NCBI GenBank assembly: GCA_965655095.1
Contig: OZ296655.1
Location: 25,606,001-25,670,000 of the forward strand
Direction of reading: 5' to 3'
DNA length: 64,000 nucleotides
From: Haplodiscus bocki
Lineage: Eukaryota
Part shown: one piece after another, positions 13,401 to 27,600 of the stretch
Position numbering within the stretch: position 1 is the stretch's first letter
Layout of the letters: every line of letters starts with the position of its first letter
Notes under the pieces: generated by a model
What the model was told of the DNA's origin: nothing
Databases searched by the model: none
What the model saw: only the letters and a program-made list of their open reading frames with translations
Translations under genes and position numbers: made by a program

Positions 13401-16400
13401 CCAAGGTAGAACCCAAACATACCCTCTATTTCTGCAGGCTACAACACGAGTTTCCCTTTGAACGTAGATTACTTTGCAGGCTTGAACACAAAATTCCCCG
13501 CTATTTCAACGGGGTACCAAAAGAGATTCCTCTTGAACATAGATTTTTTTCACGCTTGAACACAGATGTCCCAGCTATTTTTCCAGGCTACTAAGCGAAA
13601 TCCCCCGTGAACATTGGCTATTTTTTCAAGCTCGAATACACACTTTCCCGATGTTTCTCCATGCTAATATACGAAATTTCCCGTTATCATTACTGGTTTT
13701 CCGGGCCGGAATGCAAACAACCCCGCTATTTCTCCAGCGTACCACACGAGTTTCCTCGTGAACACAAACTACTTTTCCTGGCTCGAACACATTTTTTCCA
13801 GCTATTTCTCCCAGCCATTATGCGAAATTCTTCGGAAAAACAACAAGACTTTCCAGGCTCGAACACGCTTTCCCCGCTATTTCTCCAGGCTACCACACGA
13901 GTTTTCCGAAGAATATAGACTAACTTTTTAGGCTCGAACACAGATTTTCCCGTTATTCTTCCAGGCTAGTACACGAACTTCGCCGGGAATATAGACTAAA
14001 TTTTCAGGCTCGAACGCAGGTTTCCCCGATATTTCTCCAGGCTACTACACGAAATTCGCCGTTATCATTACTTAGCTTTCCAAGGTAGAACCCAAACATA
14101 CCCTCTATTTCTCCAGGCTACAACACGAGTTTTCCCCGTAGAAATAGACTAACTTTTTAGACTCGAACACAGATATCCCCGATATTTCTCCGGCCTACTA
14201 CACGAAACTCGCCGAGAACATAGACTAATTTTTCAGTCTCGAACACAGATTTCCCCGATATTTCTCCAGGCTACTACACAATTTTCGTTGTTATCCTTAC
14301 CTAGCTTTCGAAGCTAGAACCCAAACATCCCCTCTACTTCTCCAGGCTACAACACGAGTTTCCCTTTGAACGTAGATTACTTTGCAGGCTTGAACACAAA
14401 ATTCCCCGCTATTTCTACGGGGTACCAAAAGAGATTCCTCTTGAACATAGATTTTTTTCACGCTTGAACACAGATGTCCCAGCTATTTTTCCAGGCTACT
14501 AAGCGAAATCCTCCGTGAACATTGGCTATTTTTTCAAGCTCGAATATAGACTTTCCTGATATTTCTCCATGCTAATACACGAAATTTCCCGTTATCATTA
14601 CTGGTTTTTCCGGGCCGGAATGCAAACACCCCCGCTATTTCTCCAGCGTACCACACGAGTTTCCTCGTGAACACAAACTACTTTTCCTGGGTCGAACACA
14701 TTTTTTCCAGCTATTTCTCCAAGCCACTATGCGAAATTCTTCGGAAAAACAACAAGACTTTCCAGGCTCGAACACACTTTCCCCGCTATTTCTCCAGGCT
14801 ACCACACGAGTTTTCCCCGTAGAAATAGACTAATTTTTCAGGCTCGAACACCGGTTTCCCCGATATTTCTCCAGGCTACTACACGAAAATCGCCGTGATC
14901 AAAGACTAATTTTTCAGGCTCGAACACAAATTTCCCTAATTTTTCTCCAGGCTACTACACGAAATTCGCCGTTATCAATACCTAGCTTTCCAAGTAGAAC
15001 CCACACATCCACGTTATTTCTCAAGGCTACCAAACGAGTTTCCCGTTGAACACAGATTACTTTTCCAGGCTCGAACACAATTTTCACCGATTTTTCTCCA
15101 GGCTACAACACGAGTTTCCCTTTGAACGTAGATTTTTTGCAGGCTTGAACACAAAATTCCCCGCTATTTCAACGGGGTACCAAAAGAGATTCCTCTTGAA
15201 CATAGATTTTTTTCACGCTTGAACACAGATGTCCCAGCTATTTTTCCGGGCTACTAAGCGAAATCCCCCGTGAACATTGGCTATTTTTTCAAGCTCGAAT
15301 ACAGACTTTCCCGATGTTTCTCCATGCTAGTACACGAAAATTCCCGTTATCATTACTGGTTTTCCGGGCCGGAATGAAAAAAACCCCGCTATTTCTCGAG
15401 CGTACCACACGAGTTTCCTCGTGAACAAAAACTACTATTTCCTGCCTCGAACACATTTTTTGCAGCTATTTCTCCAAGCCACTATGCGAAATTCTTCGGA
15501 AAAACAACAAGACTTTCCAGGCTCGAACACACTTTCCCCGCTATTTCTCCAGGCTACCACACGAGTTTTCCGAAGAATATAGACTAACTCTTTAGGCTGG
15601 AACACAGATTTCCCCGTTATTCTTCCAGGCTAGTACACGAAATCCGCCGGGAACATAGACTAATTTTTCAGGCTCGGACACAGATATCCCCGATATTTCT
15701 CCAGGCTACTGCACGAAATTCGCCGTTATCATTACCTAGCTTTCCAAGGTAGAACCCAAACATCCCCGTTATTTCTCCAGGCTACCACACGAGTTTCTCC
15801 GTGAACATTGACTGCTTCTCCAGTTTCGATCACAATTTTCCCCAATGTTTCTCTATGCTACTATGTGAGTTTTTTCGTGAACATAGACTACTTTTCCGGG
15901 CTAGGACACAGATTTCCCCGAAATTTCTCCAAGCTACTACACGAATTCTCCCGTTATCCTTACTCGACTTTCCGGGCTGGAATGCTAACAACCCCGCTTT
16001 GCTTCAGCGTACCACACGAGTTTCCTCGTGGAAACAAACTAATTTTCTGGCTCGAACACATTTTTTCCAGCTATTTCTTCAGGCCACTATGCGAAATTCT
16101 TCGGTAAAACTACAAGAAAATCCAGGCTCGAACACACTTTCCCCCGCTACTTTTCCAGTCTACCACACGAGTTTTCCCGTGAATATAGACTAACTTCTTG
16201 GCTCGAACACAGATTTTGTCGATTTTCCTCCAGGCTACTACACGAAAATTGCCGTGAACAAAGACTAATTTTTCAGGCTCGAACACAAATTTCCCTAAAT
16301 TTTTTTCCAGGCCACTAAGCGAAATTCCCTGTGAACATAGACTACTTTTTTGGCTCGAACACCTATTTCCCCGCTGTTACTCCAGGCTACTACACGAACT

Positions 16401-19400
16401 TTCCCGTTATCTTCACCTGACTTCCCAGGCCGGGATGCAGACAACCCCGCTATTTGTCCAGAGTACCACACGAGTTTCTTCGTGAACATAAACTATTTTC
16501 CCAGGCTCGAACACATTTTTCCAGCTTTTAGTCTTGGCTACTACATGATTTTCCCCGTAACCATTACCTATTTTTCCGAGCTGGAATCCAAACAAATCCA
16601 CTATTTCTCGTGGCTACTACGTGAATTTCTACATTGAAACTACAAGGTTTTCCCGGCTCGAAAACATTTCCCCCGCTATTTTTCCAGGCTACCACACGAG
16701 TTTCTCCGTGAGCATAGATTACCATTCCAGGTTCGAACGATTTTTCCCTCGCTGTTTCTCCAGGCTACTGCGCGAATTTCCCAATTGTTTTTACCAATCT
16801 TTATAGGCTGGCACAGAACGTCCCCGGTATTTCTCCAGGCTATCAAACGAGTTTCATCGTGAGCATAAACTACTTTTCCAGGCTCAAACACAATTTCCTC
16901 GCTGTTTCTCCAGGCTACTACAAGAAGATCCCCGTTATCATTACCTATCTTTCCGAGCTGGAACCCAAACAAATCCACTAATTCTCGTGGCTACTACGCG
17001 AATTTCCACATTAAAAATACAAGGTTTTCCCGGATTGAACACATTTCCCCTGCTATTTTTCCAGGCTACAACACGAGTTTCCCCGTGAGCATAGATTACC
17101 ATTCCAGGTTCGAACGAAGTTTTCCCGCTGTTTCTCCAGGCTACTGCGCAAATTTCCCAGTTGTGATTACCAAACCCTATAGGTTGGCACAGAACGTCCC
17201 CGCTATTTCTCCAGGCTACTAAACGAGTTCCATCGTGAAAATAAGGTACTTTACCTGGCTCGAACATAACGTTCCCCGCTATTTCTCGAGGCTACTGCGC
17301 GAATTTCTCCGTTATTATTACTTAACTTTCCAGCCTGGCAGACGAACATTCCTGCTATTTCTCCAGGCTACCAAACGAGTTGCATCGTGAGCATAAACTA
17401 CTTTTCCAGGCTCAAACACAATTTGCTCGCTGTTTCTCCAGGCTACTAGGCGAATGTCCCGGAGACCATAGACTTTTTTCCCAGGCTCGAACACAAATTT
17501 CCCTAAATTTTTTTCCAGGCCACTAAGCGAAATTCCCTGTGAACATAGACTACTTTTTTGGCTCGAACACCTATTTCCCCGCTGTTACTCCAGGCTACTA
17601 CACGAACTTTCCCGTTATCTTCACCTGACTTCCCAGGCCGGGATGCAGACAACCCCGCTATTTGTCCAGAGTACCACACGAGTTTCTTCGTGAACATAAA
17701 CTATTTTCCCAGGCTCGAACACATTTTTCCAGCTTTTAGTCTTGGCTACTACACGATTTTCCCCGTAACCATTACCTATTTTTCCGAGCTGGAATCCAAA
17801 CAAGTCCACTATTTCTCGTGGCTACTACGTGAATTTCTACATTGAAACTACAATGTTTTCCCGGATCGAAAACATTTCCCCCGCTATTTTTCCAGGCTAC
17901 CACACGAGTTTCTCCGTGAGCATAGATTACCATTCCAGGTTCGAACGATTTTTCCCTCGCTGTTTCTCCAGGCTACTGCGCGAATTTCCCAGTTGTTTTT
18001 ACCAAACTTTATAGGCTGGCACAGAACGTCCCCGGTATTTCTCCAGGCTATCAAACTAGTTTCATCGTGAGTATAAACTACTTTTCCAGGCTCAAAAACA
18101 ATTTCCTCGCTGTTTCTCCAGGCTACTACACGAAGATCCCCGTTATCATTACCTATCTTTCCGAGCTGGAACCCAAACAAATCCACTAATTCTCGTGGCT
18201 ACTACGCGAATTTCCACATTAAAAATACAAGGTTTTCCCGGATTGAACACATTTCCCCTGCTATTTTTCCAGGCTACCACACGAGTTTCCCCGTGAGCAT
18301 AGATTACCATTCCAGGTTCGAACGAAGTTTTCCCGCTGTTTCTCCAGGCTACTGCGCAAATTTCCCAGTTGTGATTACCAAACTTTCTAGGTTGGCACAG
18401 AACGTCCCCGCTATTTCTCCAGGCTACTAAACGAGTTCCATCGTGAAAATAAACTACTTTACCTGGCTCGAACATAACGTTCCCCGATATTTCTCGAGGC
18501 TACTGCGCGAATTTCTCCGTTATTATTACTTAACTTTCCAGCCTGGCAGACGAACATTCCCGCTATTTCTCCAGGCTACCAAACGAGTTGCATCGTGAGC
18601 ATAAACTACTTTTCCAGGCTCAAACACAATTTGCTCGCTGTTTTTCCAGGCTACTATGCGAATGTCCCGGAGACCATAGACTTTTTTCCCAGGCTCGAAC
18701 ACAAATTTCCCTAAAATTTTTTCCAGGCCACTAAGCGAAATTCCCCGTGAACATAGACTATTTTTCTGGCTCGAACACCTATTTCCCCGCTGTTTCTCCA
18801 GGCTACTACACGAATTTCACCGCTATCATTACCTGACTTTCCGGGCCAGAATGCAAACATCATCTGTATTTCTCCAGGGTAACACACGAAAATCCCCGTG
18901 AACATAGACTACTCTTTCTGGCTCGAACGCATTTCCCCCGCTGTTTCTCTTGGCTACTAAGCGAAGTTCATCGTGATCATAGACTTTTTTTCAGACACGA
19001 ACACAGATTTCCCCTTTCTTTTCTCATCCTCCTCATCATCCTCCATGTTTTCCCACTAATTTTCTCTTAACCATCACCAGACTTTCTGGGCCGGAATGCA
19101 AACAACCCCGCAACTCCTCCAGGGTACCACACGAGCTTTCTCGTGAACATAGACTATTCTTCCAGGCTCGAACACAGTTTTCGCCGCTGTTTCTGCAGGC
19201 TACTACGCGAGTTTCCACGTGAACATAGACTACTTTTTCAGGCTCGAACACAACTTTCCCCGGTATCTCTCCAGGCTCATGCGCGATTGTCTCTGAGAAC
19301 ATAGAGTATTTTTTCGGGCTCGAACACAGATTTTCCCGAAGTTCCTCCAGGCTACCACACGAACTTTCCGGATATCCTTACCTGACTTTTCGGGCCGGAA

Positions 19401-22400
19401 TGCAAACATCCCCGCTAAAATTCCAGGGTACCACACGAGTTTCCTCGTGAACATAAACTACTTTTCCAGGCTCGAACACAAGTTTTCCAGCCTTTTCTCC
19501 AGGCTACTACGCGAAATTCCCCGTTAAAACTACAAGAGGTTTTACGCTCGAACACATTTTCCCCTTTTTTCTCCAGGCTACCGCACGAGTTTCCCCCTGA
19601 ATATAGACTACTTTCCCAGGCTCGAACACAACTTTCCCCGCTATCTCTCTGGGGTACTGCGCGATTTTCCCCGTGAACATACACTATTCTTCCAGGCTCG
19701 AACACAGTTTTCCACGCTGTTTCTCTACGCTACTACAAGAGTTTCCCCGTGAACATAGGCTGCTCTAACAGGCTCGAACACGAGATCCTCGCTGTTTTTC
19801 TAGGCTACTACGCGAGTTTACAAGTGACCATAGACTATTTTCTTAGGCTCGAACACAGGTTTCCCGGATATTTCTCCAGCTTACTACACGAATTTCCCTG
19901 TTATTAGTACCTAAATTTCCTGACTAGAACCCAAACATCCCGCTATTTCCCCAGGCTATCACACGAGTTTCCCCGTGAACATAGACTACTCTTCCAGGCA
20001 CTAACACAAGTTCCCCGCTGCTTACCAAAGCTAATACGCGAGTTTCCCCGTGAACATAGATTTTTTTCAGGCTTGAACGGATTTTCTCCGCTATTTCTCC
20101 ACGCTACTACGCAAATTTCCCCGTGAACATACACTAACTTTTCAGGCTCGAACACAGATCTCCCAGATATTTCTCCATGCTACTACACGATATTCCCTGT
20201 GAACAAGGACTACTCTCCCAGGCACGAACACAACTTCCCCGCTGTTTTTCCAGTCTACTACGCGAGTTTCCCTGTGAATGTAGACAAATTTTCAGGCTCG
20301 AACACAGATTTCCCCAATTTTTCTCCGCCCTACTACACGACTTTCACCATTATCAATACTTGACTTTCCGGGCCGCAATGCAAACATCCCCGCTGTTTCT
20401 CCAGGGTACCACACGAGTTTCCTCTTGAACATAAACTACTTTTTCAGGCTCAAGCACAAACTTTACAGCTTTTTCTCCAGGCTAATACGCGAGTTCTCCC
20501 GTGAATATACACTAATTTTTTAGGCTCGAACACAGATTTCCCCGATATTTCTCCAAGCTATTACACGATTTCTCCCATTATCATTACCTGACGTTCCGGG
20601 CCGGATTGCGAACATCCCCGCTTTTCCTCCAGGGTACCAGACGAGTTTCCTCGTGAACATAAACTACTTTTCCAGGCTCCAACATCAATTTTCCAGCTCT
20701 TTTTCTAGACTACTACGCGAAATTCTTCGGTAAAACTACAAGAATTTCCAGGTTCGAACACACTTTCCCCGCTATTTCTCCAGGCTACCACACGAGTTTT
20801 CCCCGTGGAAATAGACTAACTTTTTAGGCTCGAACACAGATATCCCCGATATTTCTCCAGGCTACTACACGAAACTCGCCGAGAACAAAGACTAATTTTT
20901 CAGGCTCGAACACAGAATTCCCCGATATTTCTCCAGGCTACTACACAATTTTCGTTATTATCATTACCTAGCTTTCGAAGCTAGAACCCAAACATCCCCT
21001 CTATTTCTCCAGGCTACAACACGAGTTTCCCTTTGAACGTAGATTACTTTGCAGGCTTGAACACAAAAATCCCCGCTATTTCTACGGGGTACCAAAAGAT
21101 ATTCCTCTTGAACATAGATTTTTTTCACGCTTGAACACAGATGTCCCAGCTATATTTCCAGGCTACTAAGCGAAATCCCCCGTGAACATTGGCTATTTTT
21201 TCAAGCTCGAATACAGACTTTCCCGATGTTTCTCCATGCTAATACACGAAATTTCCCGTTATCATTACTGGTTTTCCGGGCCGGAATGCAAACAACCCCG
21301 CTATTTCTCCAGCGTACCACACGAGTTCCCTCGTGAACACAAACTACTTTTCCTGGCTCGAACACATTTTTTGCAGCTATTTCTCCAAGCCACTATGCGA
21401 AATTCTTCGGAAAAACAACAAGAATTTCCAGGCTCGAACACGCTTTCCCCGCTATTTCTCCAGGCTACCACACGAGTTTTCCGAAGAATATAGACTAACT
21501 TTTTAGGCTCGAACACAGATTTCCCCGTTATTCTTCCAGGCTACTACACGAAATTCGCCGGGAATATAGACTAAATTTTCAGGCTCGAACGCTGGTTTCC
21601 CCGATATTTCTCCAGGCTACTACACGAAAATCGCCGTGAACAAAGACTAATTTTTCAGGCTCGAACACAATTTTCACCGATTTTTCTCCAGGCTACTGCA
21701 CGAAATTCGCCGTTATCATTACTTAGCTTTCCAAGGTAGAACCCAAACATACCCTCTATTTCTGCAGGCTACAACACGAGTTTCCCTTTGAACGTAGATT
21801 ACTTTGCAGGCTTGAACACAAAATTCCCCGCTATTTCAACGGGGTACCAAAAGAGATTCCTCTTGAACATAGATTTTTTTCACGCTTGAACACAGATGTC
21901 CCAGCTATTTTTCCAGGCTACTAAGCGAAATCCCCCGTGAACATTGGCTATTTTTTCAAGCTCGAATACACACTTTCCCGATGTTTCTCCATGCTAATAT
22001 ACGAAATTTCCCGTTATCATTACTGGTTTTCCGGGCCGGAATGCAAACAACCCCGCTATTTCTCCAGCGTACCACACGAGTTTCCTCGTGAACACAAACT
22101 ACTTTTCCTGGCTCGAACACATTTTTTCCAGCTATTTCTCCCAGCCATTATGCGAAATTCTTCGGAAAAACAACAAGACTTTCCAGGCTCGAACACGCTT
22201 TCCCCGCTATTTCTCCAGGCTACCACACGAGTTTTCCGAAGAATATAGACTAACTTTTTAGGCTCGAACACAGATTTTCCCGTTATTCTTCCAGGCTAGT
22301 ACACGAACTTCGCCGGGAATATAGACTAAATTTTCAGGCTCGAACGCAGGTTTCCCCGATATTTCTCCAGGCTACTACACGAAATTCGCCGTTATCATTA

Positions 22401-24619
22401 CTTAGCTTTCCAAGGTAGAACCCAAACATACCCTCTATTTCTCCAGGCTACAACACGAGTTTTCCCCGTAGAAATAGACTAACTTTTTAGACTCGAACAC
22501 AGATATCCCCGATATTTCTCCGGCCTACTACACGAAACTCGCCGAGAACATAGACTAATTTTTCAGTCTCGAACACAGATTTCCCCGATATTTCTCCAGG
22601 CTACTACACAATTTTCGTTGTTATCCTTACCTAGCTTTCGAAGCTAGAACCCAAACATCCCCTCTACTTCTCCAGGCTACAACACGAGTTTCCCTTTGAA
22701 CGTAGATTACTTTGCAGGCTTGAACACAAAATTCCCCGCTATTTCTACGGGGTACCAAAAGAGATTCCTCTTGAACATAGATTTTTTTCACGCTTGAACA
22801 CAGATGTCCCAGCTATTTTTCCAGGCTACTAAGCGAAATCCTCCGTGAACATTGGCTATTTTTTCAAGCTCGAATATAGACTTTCCTGATATTTCTCCAT
22901 GCTAATACACGAAATTTCCCGTTATCATTACTGGTTTTTCCGGGCCGGAATGCAAACACCCCCGCTATTTCTCCAGCGTACCACACGAGTTTCCTCGTGA
23001 ACACAAACTACTTTTCCTGGGTCGAACACATTTTTTCCAGCTATTTCTCCAAGCCACTATGCGAAATTCTTCGGAAAAACAACAAGACTTTCCAGGCTCG
23101 AACACACTTTCCCCGCTATTTCTCCAGGCTACCACACGAGTTTTCCCCGTAGAAATAGACTAATTTTTCAGGCTCGAACACCGGTTTCCCCGATATTTCT
23201 CCAGGCTACTACACGAAAATCGCCGTGATCAAAGACTAATTTTTCAGGCTCGAACACAAATTTCCCTAATTTTTCTCCAGGCTACTACACGAAATTCGCC
23301 GTTATCAATACCTAGCTTTCCAAGTAGAACCCACACATCCACGTTATTTCTCAAGGCTACCAAACGAGTTTCCCGTTGAACACAGATTACTTTTCCAGGC
23401 TCGAACACAATTTTCACCGATTTTTCTCCAGGCTACAACACGAGTTTCCCTTTGAACGTAGATTTTTTGCAGGCTTGAACACAAAATTCCCCGCTATTTC
23501 AACGGGGTACCAAAAGAGATTCCTCTTGAACATAGATTTTTTTCACGCTTGAACACAGATGTCCCAGCTATTTTTCCGGGCTACTAAGCGAAATCCCCCG
23601 TGAACATTGGCTATTTTTTCAAGCTCGAATACAGACTTTCCCGATGTTTCTCCATGCTAGTACACGAAAATTCCCGTTATCATTACTGGTTTTCCGGGCC
23701 GGAATGAAAAAAACCCCGCTATTTCTCGAGCGTACCACACGAGTTTCCTCGTGAACAAAAACTACTATTTCCTGCCTCGAACACATTTTTTGCAGCTATT
23801 TCTCCAAGCCACTATGCGAAATTCTTCGGAAAAACAACAAGACTTTCCAGGCTCGAACACACTTTCCCCGCTATTTCTCCAGGCTACCACACGAGTTTTC
23901 CGAAGAATATAGACTAACTCTTTAGGCTGGAACACAGATTTCCCCGTTATTCTTCCAGGCTAGTACACGAAATCCGCCGGGAACATAGACTAATTTTTCA
24001 GGCTCGGACACAGATATCCCCGATATTTCTCCAGGCTACTGCACGAAATTCGCCGTTATCATTACCTAGCTTTCCAAGGTAGAACCCAAACATCCCCGTT
24101 ATTTCTCCAGGCTACCACACGAGTTTCTCCGTGAACATTGACTGCTTCTCCAGTTTCGATCACAATTTTCCCCAATGTTTCTCTATGCTACTATGTGAGT
24201 TTTTTCGTGAACATAGACTACTTTTCCGGGCTAGGACACAGATTTCCCCGAAATTTCTCCAAGCTACTACACGAATTCTCCCGTTATCCTTACTCGACTT
24301 TCCGGGCTGGAATGCTAACAACCCCGCTTTGCTTCAGCGTACCACACGAGTTTCCTCGTGGAAACAAACTAATTTTCTGGCTCGAACACATTTTTTCCAG
24401 CTATTTCTTCAGGCCACTATGCGAAATTCTTCGGTAAAACTACAAGAAAATCCAGGCTCGAACACACTTTCCCCCGCTACTTTTCCAGTCTACCACACGA
24501 GTTTTCCCGTGAATATAGACTAACTTCTTGGCTCGAACACAGATTTTGTCGATTTTCCTCCAGGCTACTACACGAAAATTGCCGTGAACAAAGACTAATT
24601 TTTCAGGCTCGAACACAAA
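8106..24619 (+). repeat. 8330-bp tandem segmental duplication of satellite (~8106-16289 and ~16436-24619)
   Basis: Every ORF from 8291 to 15808 has an identically translated twin 8330 bp downstream (e.g. 8291/16621, 10706/19036, 12852/21182, 15801/24131). The private CTCATCCTCCTCATCATCCTCC patch occurs at 10693 and 19023. Identity stops at 16290/24620. Confidence 0.93.
12640..15760 (+). repeat. ~755-900-bp higher-order repeat family (about 10-12 monomers), about 4 variant copies
   Basis: ORFs 12852/13607 and 12971/13726 are offset by 755. The diagnostic block GGGGTACCAAAAGAGATTCCTCTTGAACATAGATTTTTTTCACGCTTG occurs at ~12756 (one mismatch), 13511, 14419 and 15174. The same block recurs many times up to ~36990. 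Confidence 0.85.
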
Positions 24620-27600
24620 CTTCCCCAATTTTTCTCCAGGCTACTACACGAAATTCGCCGTTATCAATACCTAGCTTTCCAAGCTAGAACCCAAACATCC
24701 ACGTTATTTCTCAAGGCTACCACACGAGTTTCCCGTTGAACACAGATTACTTTTCCAGGCTCGAACACAATTTTAACGGATTTTTCTCGAGGCTACCAAA
24801 CGAGTTTCTCCGTGAACGTAGACTATGTTTTCAGTCTCGGACACAGATTTCCCCGATATTTCTCCAGGCTACTACACGAAATTCACCGTTATCAATACCT
24901 AGCTTTCCAAGCTAGAAGCCAGACATCCCCGTTATTTCTCCAGGCTACGACACGAGTTTCTCTTTGAACACACATTACTTTCCCTAGTGAACATAAGCTA
25001 CTTTTCAAGGGCTTGATCAAAAGTTTGTCAGCTATTTCTCCAGGCTACTGCGCGAGTTTCCACGTGAATGTAAACTTCTCTTCCGGGCTCGAGTACTATT
25101 TCGCCGCTGTTTCTCCAGGCTATTACGCGAGTTTCTTCGTGAACATACACTATTTTCACAGGCTTCAACTCAGGTTTCCCCGATATTTCTCCAGCCTACC
25201 AAACGAGTTTCCCGTTGAGCACAGATTACTTTTCCAGGCTCGAACACAATTTTCACCGATTTTTCTCCAGGCTACAACACGAGTTTCCCTTTGAACGTAG
25301 ATTGTAGATTTTTTTGCAGGCTTGAACACAAAATTCCCCGCTATTTCAACGGGGTACCAAAAGAGATTCCTCTTGAACATAGATTTTTTTCACGCTTGAA
25401 CACAGATGTCCCAGCTATTTTTCCAGGCTACTAAGGGAAATCACCCGTGAACATTGGCTACTTTTTCAAGCTTGAATACAGACTTTCCCGATGTTTCTCC
25501 ATGCTAATACACGAAATTTCCCGTTATGATTACTGGTTTCCCGGGCCGGAATGCAAACAACACCGCTATTTCTCCAGCGTACCACACGAGTTTCCTCGTG
25601 AACACAAACTACTTTTCCTGGCTCGAACACATTTTTTTCTAGCTATTTCTCCAAGCCACTATGCGAAATTCTTCGGAAAAACAACAAGACTTTCCAGGCT
25701 CGAACACACTTTCCCCGCTATTTCTCCAGGCTACCACACGAGTTTTCCGAAGAATATAGACTAACTCTTTAGGCTCGAACACAGATTTCCCCGTTATTCT
25801 TCCAGGCTAGTACACGAAATCCGCCGGGAACATAGACTAATTTTTCAGGCTCGAACACAGATATCCCCGATATTTCTCCAGGCTACTGCACGAAATTCGC
25901 CGTTATCATTACCTAGCTTTCCAAGGTAGAACCCAAACATCCCCGTTGTTTCTCCAGGCTACCACACGAGTTTCTCCGTGAACATTGACTGCTTCTCCAG
26001 TCTCGATCATAATTTTCCCCAATGTTTCTCTATGCTACTATGTGAGTTTTTTCGTGAACATAGACTACTTTTCCGGGCTAGGACACAGATTTCCCCGAAA
26101 TTTCTCCAAGCTACTACACGAATTCTCCCGTTATCCTTACTCGACTTTCCGGGCTGGAATGCTAACAACCCCGCTTTGCTTCAGCGTACCACACGAGTTT
26201 CCTCGTGGAAACAAACTAATTTTCTGGCTCGAACACATTTTTTCCAGCTATTTCTTCAGGCCACTATGCGAAATTCTTCGGTAAAACTACAAGAAAATCC
26301 AGGCTCGAACACATTTTCCCCCGCTACTTTTCCAGTCTACCACACGAGTTTTCCCGTGAATATAGACTAACTTCTTGGCTCGAACACAGATTTTGTCGAT
26401 TTTCCTCCAGGCTACTACACGAAAATTGCCGTGAACAAAGACTAATTTTTCAGGCTCGAACACAAACTTCCCCAATTTTTCTCCAGGCTACTACACGAAA
26501 TTCACCGTTATCAATACCTAGCTTTCCAAGCTAGAAGCCAGACATCCCCGTTATTTCTCCAGGCTACCACACGAGTTTTTCTTTGAGCACACCTTACTTT
26601 CCCTCGTGAACATAAGCTACTTTTCAAGGGCTTGATCAAAAGTTTGTCAGCTATTTCTCCAGGCTACTGCGCGAGTTTCCACGTGAACGTAGACTTCTCT
26701 TCCGGGCTCGAGTACTATTTCCCCGCTGTTTCTCCAGGCTATTACGCGAGTTTCTTCGTGAACATACACTATTTTCACAGGCTTCAACTCAGGTTTCCCC
26801 GATATTTCTCCAGCCTACCAAACGAGTTTTCCGAATAATATAGACTAACTCTTTAGGCTCGAACACAGGTTTCCCCGTTATTCTTCCAGGCTAGTACACG
26901 AAATTCGCCGGGAACATAGACTAATTTTTCAGGCTCGAACACAGATATCCCCGATATTTCTCCAGGCTACTGCACGAAATTCGCCGTTATCATTACCTAG
27001 CTTTCCAAGGTAGAACCCAAACATCCCCGTTGTTTCTCCAGGCTACCACACGAGTTTCTCCGTGAACATTGACTGCTTCTCCAGTCTCGATCATAATTTT
27101 CCCCAATGTTTCTCTATGCTACTATGTGAGTTTTTTCGTGAACATAGACTACTTTTCCGGGCTAGGACACAGATTTCCCCGAAATTTCTCCAAGCTACTA
27201 CACGAATTCTCCCGTTATCCTTACTCGACTTTCCGGGCTGGAATGCTAACAACCCCGCTTTGCTTCAGCGTACCACACGAGTTTCCTCGTGGAAACAAAC
27301 TAATTTTCTGGCTCGAACACATTTTTTCCAGCTATTTCTTCAGGCCACTATGCGAAATTCTTCGGTAAAACTACAAGAAAATCCAGGCTCGAACACATTT
27401 TCCCCCGCTACTTTTCCAGTCTACCACACGAGTTTTCCCGTGAATATAGACTAACTTCTTGGCTCGAACACAGATTTTGTCGATTTTCCTCCAGGCTACT
27501 ACACGAAAATTGCCGTGAACAAAGACTAATTTTTCAGGCTCGAACACAAACTTCCCCAATTTTTCTCCAGGCTACTACACGAAATTCGCCGTTATCAATA

